Of a DNA stretch of 64,000 nucleotides, positions 28,729-36,784 are shown piece after piece. Within the stretch, counting starts at the first letter, position 1; each line of letters begins with the position of its first letter. The position numbers and the translations under genes were made by a program. Source of the DNA: an uncultured delta proteobacterium (lineage in GTDB: Bacteria > Myxococcota > Myxococcia > Myxococcales > Myxococcaceae); contig CAVQKE010000003.1 in the NCBI GenBank assembly GCA_963713045.1, positions 1,248,001 to 1,312,000 of the forward strand. Direction: 5' to 3'. Under the pieces are notes generated by a model. The model did not search any database and had not been told where the DNA came from. It was given only the letters and a program-made list of their open reading frames with translations.

Positions 28729-30596
28729 GCTGCGGCCTCCCTCGAGGCTGGGCTTGCCGGCAGCGTCAGGCAGAAGACGGCACCGCCTTGGGGACGGTTC
28801 TCCGCCACGATGCGGCCGGAATGGGCCTCGGCGATGGACCGACAGATGGCGAGCCCCATGCCCAAGCCCTTCGCCTTGGTGGTGAAGAAAGGCTCAAAGA
28901 CACCCTCCAGCGCGCTTGGCGGAAGACCTGGCCCGGAGTCGCTGACGGTCAGTTCCACGGCGCCGTTTCGCTGGGTTGCCCGGACACCAATCGAGCGTCG
29001 ACCGGGAGGCTGGTCGGCGACTGCATCCAAGGCGTTGAGCAGCAGATTGAGGAGCACCTGAAGCAGCAGCACCGGGTCGCCTTGCACCGAGGGCAACCGC
29101 GGCTCAACCGCCACCTCCAGCCGGGCGCGGCGGCGCGACGCCTCGCTGGCCACCAGCTGCACCGCGTCCTGCACCACGCTTGCCACGTCCACAGCTGAGG
29201 CGCGAAATTCGTCTCTGCGCAGCACGCTGCGCAGCCTGGAAATGACGAGGCTGGCGCGCTCAGCCGAGCTCTCGATGTCCACCAGGCTTGCGCGCACTTC
29301 CTTCAAGTCCGGCGCCTCACTGAGGAGAAAACGGCGCGCTGCCCGGGCGTTGTTGACGATGGCGCCCAGGGGCCCATTCAGTTCATGCGCCAATGAGCCA
29401 GACAGCTCGGCCACCGTCCCCAGCCGGTTGAGATGGGCGATGCGTTCCTGGTTGCTCTGGGCTTCCGCTTCGGCGAGCTGGCGTCGCCGGCGCTCGAGCA
29501 GCAGCACGGTGATGAGGGCCGACTCGAGCAGCAGTGCTCCGAGGATGGCGGCAATCCAGACGGCATACTGACGCCACATCGAACCGCGAAACAGCACTTC
29601 GGTGCCGGGCGGCAGCCGGCTGTCGGGAATGTGCCAGCGGGTGAGTTGCCGAGCGTCGACGACTGGCCGGACTGCAGCGACGGTGGGTGGCGGGAGGGGA
29701 GCCCCGGCCAGCGCCGTCGCCGCCAGCTGCCCTGTCTGCCGGCCCATCTCCACGTAGTCCGTCACCCAGCCCCCCACAATGCCAAGGCCCTCCAGCTGGG
29801 CGTGGGTGGAGAAAATGGGCGCCCGCGACCACTGCGACAGCATGCGAACCGCCTCCGTCCCGCGGATGCTGCGGCCGGTCCCATCCCGAAACAGGGACAC
29901 TCCAAACACAATGACGTGCTCGGGAAGGGCAGCCAGCCGCTGACCCATCTCCGCCAACGGCAGCCCCGTCAAGTCGAGCTGTTCCAGGTGTCCGCTGACG
30001 CGCGCGAGGTCGGGCCGAGCGCTCGCCTCGAAGGCCCGGTCGACCGTCGAGGTCCCACCAACAAAAGCCACCGTGCGTGTCTCCGGCAGCAACTGCAGCG
30101 CCAGGGCCAGCGTTTGGTCCACCGCGGGGCGCCGGGCAATTCCGGTCACCCCGGGAGGAAGGTGCAGGGCCGCCACCGTGTCCTCATCGACGTCACTGTA
30201 GAGAAGGGGGACGTCTGGCCAGAAGTCGCGGCGCGCGCTGAGCGCGAACACCAGAGGCCCTGCCCCCACTGCGATGACAGCGGCCGGCGGGTAGACACCG
30301 TAGCGCGCCTCGAACCAGGCGCGCTGCCTCGGTGCGAGTTCCGGGTTTTCCAGCGCCTCCAGGTCGAGGAATTCGTTGTGGACGGTGAGGTCTTCCGGTC
30401 CCACCGCGGCAAGCGTCTCGCGGAGCGCCTGGTCAAAGGACATCACCAGCGGGGCGAAAGGGTCAAAGCCGTAGAGGACGAGAATGCTGCGGGCCTCCCC
30501 GGGGGGAGCCGCGTGCCCGGCCGAGGCAAGAAGAATCACTGCACCGACCAGTACGGCGCGGAACGGCTGGGACACTCTCCTCGAAGGGCGCACCAC
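28725..30596 (-). CDS. Sensor histidine kinase with substrate-binding-like periplasmic domain (start approximate)
   Basis: Signal/TM, large periplasmic domain, TM, AHELNGPL, QVLLNLLLNA, DSGPG, FFTTK, GLGMGL; coupled to the FixJ-like regulator. Confidence 0.87.
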   Translation of the reverse strand: MVRPSRRVSQPFRAVLVGAVILLASAGHAAPPGEARSILVLYGFDPFAPLVMSFDQALRETLAAVGPEDLTVHNEFLDLEALENPELAPRQRAWFEARYGVYPPAAVIAVGAGPLVFALSARRDFWPDVPLLYSDVDEDTVAALHLPPGVTGIARRPAVDQTLALALQLLPETRTVAFVGGTSTVDRAFEASARPDLARVSGHLEQLDLTGLPLAEMGQRLAALPEHVIVFGVSLFRDGTGRSIRGTEAVRMLSQWSRAPIFSTHAQLEGLGIVGGWVTDYVEMGRQTGQLAATALAGAPLPPPTVAAVRPVVDARQLTRWHIPDSRLPPGTEVLFRGSMWRQYAVWIAAILGALLLESALITVLLLERRRRQLAEAEAQSNQERIAHLNRLGTVAELSGSLAHELNGPLGAIVNNARAARRFLLSEAPDLKEVRASLVDIESSAERASLVISRLRSVLRRDEFRASAVDVASVVQDAVQLVASEASRRRARLEVAVEPRLPSVQGDPVLLLQVLLNLLLNALDAVADQPPGRRSIGVRATQRNGAVELTVSDSGPGLPPSALEGVFEPFFTTKAKGLGMGLAICRSIAEAHSGRIVAENRPQGGAVFCLTLPASPASREAAA

Positions 30597-30855
30597 GACG
30601 GGAAAGACCTTGCCGACTCCGCCCGCGCACGTCAACGCACGGGGGGCCGACGGCGCCTCACGCACCACCCGCCCCCAGGGAAATGGGCGCCCCCCTCGGG
30701 CGTATGGAGGCTGGTGCCCCCAGCGTCCACGTTGGAGACGTCCTCGAGGCGGGCTACAAGCACGTGACGTCGGACACGCCGGACGCCAGGGCAACGCCCT
30801 TGGGATGAATCAGACGGTTGGTATGAGCTTCATTCAGCCCAAAGCACTGGGAGTG

Positions 30856-32259
30856 ATGCGCGGCTGGCTACCGGGCGGTTGGGAGCGATTCCGCCATGGG
30901 TTCAGCCAATTCGTCCTCGCGTTCCATGCCATCCACCGGGACCCGCTGGCCTGGAAGCGCTACCTTCGCACCTGCACGCTTCAGGCAACCGTGGCGCTCG
31001 CCCTTGGCGCCCTCTTCCTCTCGACGGCGCGCCACTCCTCGGAGGAACTTCGCGAGGAGCGGGTGCGCCGGGCGCTGCAAAACGTGACGGTCGTCCAGAC
31101 TCAAGATTCTGCTCCCGGCGCACCGACGCCGCCCGAGGTGCAACCCAGTGCGCCGCAGCGCCGTCGCACGTCCGCCAAGTCCAAGCTGGCCGCCGCCGCC
31201 GCGGCATCCACCGGCGCCCAAGACGAGGCCGGGGCCAAGGACAGCGCGGCGGACGCTGCCCAAGCCAAGGCAGAATTTCAGCGCAAGCTTCACAAGCTGG
31301 AAAAAGCTTTCGCGGAGCTGTCCTTGAAGGCGGGCCCCACGGCTGTCCGGCGTGACAAGGACTTCCAGGAGGCCCGCGAAGACCTCGACGAGCAGCTGAG
31401 CGGGCTGGAGGACGACGCCGCGGATGTCCCGCTGACCGCCGGACAGAAGGCCACACTGGTACGGCTGGGCGCGGAACTGGACGTGCTCGAGCAAAAGACG
31501 AAACCCGGCTTTTGGGACTCGGCCTGGGCGCTGGCGCTGTCCATTTACGGGGCACTCAGCATCGCCCAAGCTGTCGTCATCGCCCTGTCGCGGGATTACC
31601 ATGCCGCCATTGCGCGGGACGCCAGCTTGCTGCTGGGCGTGGCTCCGGAGGACCCGCCCGCCAGGCCGCGGGTACGCCTCAACGTGACGTGGGTGCGGCG
31701 CAAATTCAAACAGCGCACCCGCAGCGTGCTGGTCTTCCTCCCCGGGGTCGCACTCATCAGCCTGGCAGCGCTTCCCTTTCCCAAGCGGGCCTTCGTCACC
31801 AGCGTCCTGACGACGGTTTGGGCCTCGTACTGGTGGGTGGTGTGGACGGCCAGCAAAAGCGCTCGGGCCTGGGAGCGTTCCGCGCTGGCCCCTCCCCCTT
31901 TCTTCCTGCGTTGGTGGCAAGACCGGCTGGCTGGGCTGCCCGTCGTCGGCGGACTGGCCCGGATGTGGGCCAGGCTGTGGGCGCGACTCACGCGCTCCGT
32001 CTATTCGCCGGCCGAGGCCGTCGAGGCCCAACCGGCCGAGTTTGCGGGCTTGGCGGCGGCCAGGGCCCTGCAGCTCATCCCTCTATTGAAGCTGTATGTG
32101 CGGCCCCTGGTGCCGGTGGCGGCAGCGCGACTGTTGGCCGAACGTTCTGTGCGTTTGCAGCCGCGCCTGCAGTCCAGCACGCAGCAGGCCGCCGCCGCCG
32201 CCCTGGCCGCCGCGATGCCGGCGAGCCCGGGCGCACTGGCCGCACGCGACCAAATGTGA
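30856..32259 (+). CDS. Hypothetical multi-pass membrane protein with a long low-complexity/coiled-coil insertion
   Basis: GGAG before the ATG, several hydrophobic segments, Trp-rich TM region, fills the gap between flanking genes. Confidence 0.65.
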   Translation: MRGWLPGGWERFRHGFSQFVLAFHAIHRDPLAWKRYLRTCTLQATVALALGALFLSTARHSSEELREERVRRALQNVTVVQTQDSAPGAPTPPEVQPSAPQRRRTSAKSKLAAAAAASTGAQDEAGAKDSAADAAQAKAEFQRKLHKLEKAFAELSLKAGPTAVRRDKDFQEAREDLDEQLSGLEDDAADVPLTAGQKATLVRLGAELDVLEQKTKPGFWDSAWALALSIYGALSIAQAVVIALSRDYHAAIARDASLLLGVAPEDPPARPRVRLNVTWVRRKFKQRTRSVLVFLPGVALISLAALPFPKRAFVTSVLTTVWASYWWVVWTASKSARAWERSALAPPPFFLRWWQDRLAGLPVVGGLARMWARLWARLTRSVYSPAEAVEAQPAEFAGLAAARALQLIPLLKLYVRPLVPVAAARLLAERSVRLQPRLQSSTQQAAAAALAAAMPASPGALAARDQM

Positions 32260-32276
32260 AGTGGCCCCTTGGGGGG

Positions 32277-33506
32277 CTAGGCCGAGGCCAACACCCGCGT
32301 CGGGACCCGCACCTCAAACGTGGTGCCTTGCCCGACGCGGCTTTGCACGTTGATGCGGCCGCCCAGCTTCTGCACCACCGCCACGCAGACGCTCAGCCCA
32401 ATCCCCGTTCCAACGCCCACCGGCTTGGTGGTGAAGAATGGCTCAAAAATGCGGGTCTGCTGCTCCTCTGGAATCCCCACGCCAGTGTCGGAGACGCTGA
32501 GGATGGACTCTCGCCCGTCGGTTCCGGTGAGGACGCGGATTTCATGCTGCCGGGGGTCGCGGTCGTCCAACGCCTGGAGCGCATTCACCAGCAAATTCAT
32601 CACCACCTGGTGCAGCTTGCCTTTGGGAGCGCAGTCAATCGGCGCCGGCCGCAGGTCCTTCACCACCCGGGCACGGCTTTGCAGCTCGCGCTCGGTGAGG
32701 AGCAGCGTGCTGGCGGCGATGTCGGCCAGGTCCACCGGTTCAAGCACCTGGTTCTCGTCGGCACGGCTGAAGGTCTTCAGCTCCTGGATGATGGTGCGTA
32801 CGCGCTGACCGCCTTCGGCGGTTTCGTTGATGAGGGCGTCGATGTCGTCGAGCGTCTCGCGAAAACCAATTTGCGCCTCCAGCGCTTGGCCGCGGTCCGG
32901 GGCCTCCCGGTAGGCGGTGATGACGCGCTTCACATCGTCCACGTAATTCCGCAACGAGGTGAGGTTGGAGAGGATGAAGGCGAGCGGGTTGTTGATTTCG
33001 TGTGCCACCCCGGCGGCGATTTGGCCGATGGCCGCCAGCTTCTCGCTCTGCGCCAGCTGAGCCACCAAGCGGCGGTCTCGTTCGGCGTCGGCCAGACGGA
33101 TGAGGTTGCGAACCCGTGCCACCAGCGCCCGACGCTGAATCGGCTTATGCAGGTATTCGTCGGCCCCGGCTTCCAAGCCCTTCAGCTCGCTGTCCGCGTC
33201 GTTGAATTCGGCGGTGAGAAAAATCACCGGCATTCGGGTGTGGGCTTTGTTTTCTCGCAGCCGCCGGCAGACCTCAAAGCCGTCCATGTGCGGCATCCGG
33301 ATGTCGAGCAGGACCAGGTCCACCCCGCCCTGCTCGACCCGGTCCAGGGCCTCCGGCCCGCTGGTGGCGCCGAGCACCCGAAAGCCCTCGGCTTTCAAGT
33401 AGGCCTGCACCAGTCGCACGTTGGCCGGCTCATCGTCGACCACCAGAACCTGGGGAGGCTCCAGGCGTCGCAGCTCTGGCCCTTCGTCGTAGCGGCCCTT
33501 CACCAT
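32277..33506 (-). CDS. Cytoplasmic hybrid REC-histidine kinase
   Basis: VVDDE..DIRMP..KP receiver, EKLAAIGQIAAGVAHEINNP, QVVMNLLVNA, DTGVG, GTGIGL; GGAGGAG RBS. Confidence 0.9.
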   Translation of the reverse strand: MVKGRYDEGPELRRLEPPQVLVVDDEPANVRLVQAYLKAEGFRVLGATSGPEALDRVEQGGVDLVLLDIRMPHMDGFEVCRRLRENKAHTRMPVIFLTAEFNDADSELKGLEAGADEYLHKPIQRRALVARVRNLIRLADAERDRRLVAQLAQSEKLAAIGQIAAGVAHEINNPLAFILSNLTSLRNYVDDVKRVITAYREAPDRGQALEAQIGFRETLDDIDALINETAEGGQRVRTIIQELKTFSRADENQVLEPVDLADIAASTLLLTERELQSRARVVKDLRPAPIDCAPKGKLHQVVMNLLVNALQALDDRDPRQHEIRVLTGTDGRESILSVSDTGVGIPEEQQTRIFEPFFTTKPVGVGTGIGLSVCVAVVQKLGGRINVQSRVGQGTTFEVRVPTRVLASA

Positions 33507-33638
33507 CCGCGGGCTACTCCTCCCAAGTTCCTCTGCAGGCGGAGGATGACGGACGCCGGCTGCGGTCGCAACTTCGGCCTCGTTCGGCTGACCCATCCTG
33601 AGGGTCACCACAGCAGCGCACGTGCCACGACAGCCGAC

Positions 33639-34676
33639 TCACCCCAAGTCCGCGAGAGGACGGACGTCGGCCTGGCCGATGGGTGGGTCAATCCTCGCCG
33701 CATCGTCCGCGCCGACCCGGGGGAGGAAGTCGGCCAAGTCCTCCGGCAAGCCGGCGCTGAAAGTGGTTCTCTCGCCAGTCGCCGGGTGGGGGAGCGCAAG
33801 CCGCGCCGCGTGCAAAGCATGGCGCTGTAGCCTGAGCCGTGCCCAGGCTTCCGGCTCGAGGCACTGGCGGCTGAAGCGGTCAAAGTAGCCTGGGTCGGGC
33901 CCGTACATTTTGTCCCCCACCACTGGGAGGCCAGCCGTCTGTAGGTGGACCCGGATTTGGTGCTGACGTCCCGTCTCGGGAAAGCAGCGCACCAGGGCAA
34001 AGGGCTCGCGGCCTCGCACGAAACGTCGCTCGACTTGGAAGCGAGTGCGCGCCGGCCGCCCGGAGGGGTCCACCCGGACAGCAATGCGGATGGTGGGGGT
34101 GCCTTCGAGGAGGGGCGCGTCCACCGCAAAAGCGTCTTCGGCCGGCCAGCCCTCGACAATCGCCAAGTACTCCTTCTCGACTGTGCCTTCTTGGAAGGCC
34201 CGCATCAGCCGGCGTGAGGCCTCGGCCGTGCGCCCACACACCAGAAGTCCGGACGTCTCGCGGTCCAGGCGATGGGCGGGGGCGGCTTGAAAGCCCGCGC
34301 CATGCTGACGCACCAGCAGCGCCACCACCGTCCCGTGATGGTAACGGGCGGTGGGATGGATGGGCAGCCCTGCCGGCTTGTCGAGCACCAACAGCGCCTG
34401 GTCGCGGTACACCTCACGCAGGTTGTCGGGCGTCTTCGGCTCGAGGAGATTTCGTCGGCGCAGCCGAAACGTCAGACCTGGCCACACTCGGGTGCTGGCC
34501 TTCAGGGGGACGTCCGCCTCCAGCGCCGTGCGCAGAATGCGCTGGATGCGCACGCGGGACAGCCGGCGAATTTTCTCGCACAGGTAGCGGTCCAGTCGCC
34601 AGCCCGCATAATTCGGTTCAACGGTGAACGTCACTTCCACGACGGCCCCCGCGACTTCGTCTATCCTTCCATCCAT
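33639..34676 (-). CDS. RluA family pseudouridine synthase
   Basis: RLDRYL S4-like start, LDKPAGL, HRLDRETSG, TGRQHQIRVH, GDKMYG, LHA. Confidence 0.92.
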   Translation of the reverse strand: MDGRIDEVAGAVVEVTFTVEPNYAGWRLDRYLCEKIRRLSRVRIQRILRTALEADVPLKASTRVWPGLTFRLRRRNLLEPKTPDNLREVYRDQALLVLDKPAGLPIHPTARYHHGTVVALLVRQHGAGFQAAPAHRLDRETSGLLVCGRTAEASRRLMRAFQEGTVEKEYLAIVEGWPAEDAFAVDAPLLEGTPTIRIAVRVDPSGRPARTRFQVERRFVRGREPFALVRCFPETGRQHQIRVHLQTAGLPVVGDKMYGPDPGYFDRFSRQCLEPEAWARLRLQRHALHAARLALPHPATGERTTFSAGLPEDLADFLPRVGADDAARIDPPIGQADVRPLADLG

Positions 34677-35752
34677 GCGCAGGTCGGTCCTAGCGGCGCT
34701 GGCGCTCTTTGTCACCTCCGCGGCCGCTGCCCCCGCCAAGGGCCTCGCCGTGGTGACGGTGAATGCTCCGTCGGACATGCAGGGTTTGGCGGCCCAATTG
34801 ACACAGCAAGTCCTCGATGCCGCTCAGGCTCAAGGGACAAAGGTGGTCACCCCGAGGGACCTCGAAACGTTTCTAGGCCCCAAGGAGAACCTCGCCCTAA
34901 GCCACTGCGGGCCCGCGCCGGAGTGCCTTTCGCCCCTCCTGGCAAGCATGCCCGCGGCCCGCGTGGTGGTCGGGACGCTGGCCCGCGACCAGTCGCACTA
35001 CCTGGTCCATTTTTGGCTGATTTCCTTGAGCCCGCCGAGAACGCTGGCGGAAGTCGACCGCGCCATCCTCATCGCCTCGCGCCGCCTCCAAAGCGACGTG
35101 GCGGCTGCCCTTCCCGCCCTTTTGCGCGGCGAGCAAGAGGCGAAGGGCACGCTGACGCTGGACAGCAATGTCTCAGGTGCGGAGGTCAGCCTCGACGGCG
35201 AGCCGTGGGGACGGACGCCGGTGACGCGAATGCTGAAACCGGGCAAGCACGAAGTCCACATTGCCCACCTGGGCTACTACCCGGTGGACCGCTGGGTGAC
35301 GGTGGAGGCAGGCAAGACCACACGGGACCTCGTCCGGCTGGTGGCCACCCCGGGCGCCGAGACGGTCGCGGTGGCCGCGCCGGAGACGTCCGCGCCAACC
35401 GCTGCCGGCGGCTTCCGCGTCCCGGTGGCCGGGTGGGTGGCACTGGGCGTCGGCCTCGCGGCCGGAGCTGCCGGCGCGGTGTTGGCGGTGTCCGCACACA
35501 ACAACGAGAACCAGCTTCTTGCCGGCTACAACCCGGTACGGGACAGCTACCAGGGCTTTCGCTCCCAAGCGGTGACCGGCCAAAACCAGGCCACCTGGGC
35601 CAACGTGTGTTTCGGCGTTGCTGGAGCGGGCCTCATCACCTGGGGAGTGCTGACGCTGGATAGCCAGCAGCGCGCCGGCCGAGCCGCGGGCCTCGGTGGG
35701 TGTCGGCGTCGGCGCCCATGGCGCCACCGTGTCCGTCGCGGGGAGGTTCTAG
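34675..35752 (+). CDS. PEGA-domain exported protein; probable extra base near 35662, true end VSVAGRF* (uncorrected ORF runs to 35868)
   Basis: Signal peptide, GTLTLDSNVSGAEVSLDG...TP..PGKHEV PEGA motif, C-terminal hydrophobic hairpin; the +1 frame gives ASSAPAEPRASVGVGVGAHGATVSVAGRF then TAG, 1 bp before the next start. Confidence 0.75.
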
Positions 35753-35753
35753 C

Positions 35754-36191
35754 GTGCGCGGCCGGACGTCCCCTGCCCTGGTGGTGCTGGGCCTGGCGCT
35801 CGCCGCCTTGGCGCTGTCGCAGTGCAGCTTCGGCATCAACCCGGACAACGGACACTTCGCCTGCCTGAATGCCGCCGACTGCATCAGCGGGCAGGAGTGC
35901 GTGCTCCAGCTGGATGCCACCGACGGCCTTTGCTACCCAGCAGACGAATGTGTGCCGGGCAACCAACAGCCGTGCGGTCCGGGAGCCGTCTGCGTTGACG
36001 CTGGCTGCATTGACTGTACGGGTTGCGCCGCCTCCGTCTGCGCTGGTTCCTCCTGCGTGCTGGACGGCGGCCCGCAACAGTGCGTGCTGCGGGTGGTGCT
36101 TCCAGACGGCGGCCTCTCCGACGCGGGCACGGACGCTGGGCTGAGTGACGGGGGCCCGGAGCCCACCACTTACATCTGCGGCTTTCCTTGA
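35754..36191 (+). CDS. Cys-rich lipoprotein
   Basis: Signal with LSQC lipobox-like site, many spaced Cys, DAG/DGG linker. Confidence 0.7.
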   Translation: MRGRTSPALVVLGLALAALALSQCSFGINPDNGHFACLNAADCISGQECVLQLDATDGLCYPADECVPGNQQPCGPGAVCVDAGCIDCTGCAASVCAGSSCVLDGGPQQCVLRVVLPDGGLSDAGTDAGLSDGGPEPTTYICGFP

Positions 36192-36646
36192 GGACTCTCC
36201 GCCCTGGCGGCCGTTTGGTAGACGTCCGGGCGGCGAATCTCCATCCCGCGGGACGGGTCTTCGAGAGGATGAAAGCCGTGGCGCCGGTACAACGGATGCG
36301 CATCGCGGGTGGCTAGACTCCAACGCCGCAGCCCCTGCAGCTCCGGGTGGCCCAGGACGGCAGCCAGAAGCGCGTCGGCAATCCCGCGCCGCCGGTGGCT
36401 TTCGACAACGAAGACATCGCACAGCCAGGCGAAGGTGGCGCGGTCCGTCACCACCCGCGCGAAGCCCACCTGACGAGCGCCGTCGTACGCCCCGAAGCAC
36501 AGGGAGTTGGCCAGCGCACGCTCCAACACCGCACGGGGAATGCCTGGGGACCAGTAGGCATTGCCGAGAAAGGCGTGCAGGACGTCCAGGTCGAGGCGAG
36601 CCGAGTCGGTGCTGATGTCGATGCCGTCCGGCGGTGGTGGGGCCAT
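36170..36646 (-). CDS. GNAT family N-acetyltransferase
   Basis: ISTD..RLD....H.FL..YWS, QVGFARVVTD, DVFV..HRRRG, ATRDAH.LY..HGF. Confidence 0.9.
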   Translation of the reverse strand: MAPPPPDGIDISTDSARLDLDVLHAFLGNAYWSPGIPRAVLERALANSLCFGAYDGARQVGFARVVTDRATFAWLCDVFVVESHRRRGIADALLAAVLGHPELQGLRRWSLATRDAHPLYRRHGFHPLEDPSRGMEIRRPDVYQTAARAESPQGKPQM

Positions 36647-36784
36647 GGGAGCAGCCTCCCATGGGCCCCGCGCCCAGCGGGAGCACAGCCGCGGGCCGCG
36701 ACGGCCGAGGTGCAGGCCAGAAGGCCCCCAACCAGGGAAACAGCTTCCCGCTTGGACAGGGGGCGCTAGGCTTGAGTGGCTTGC

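Noticed and set aside
31512..33830. 772-aa plus-strand ORF and similar long overlapping ORFs (7818-9953, 23921-25516, 59536-61152)
   Set aside because: Arg/Gly/Pro-rich or antisense shadow frames expected at high GC, with no motifs
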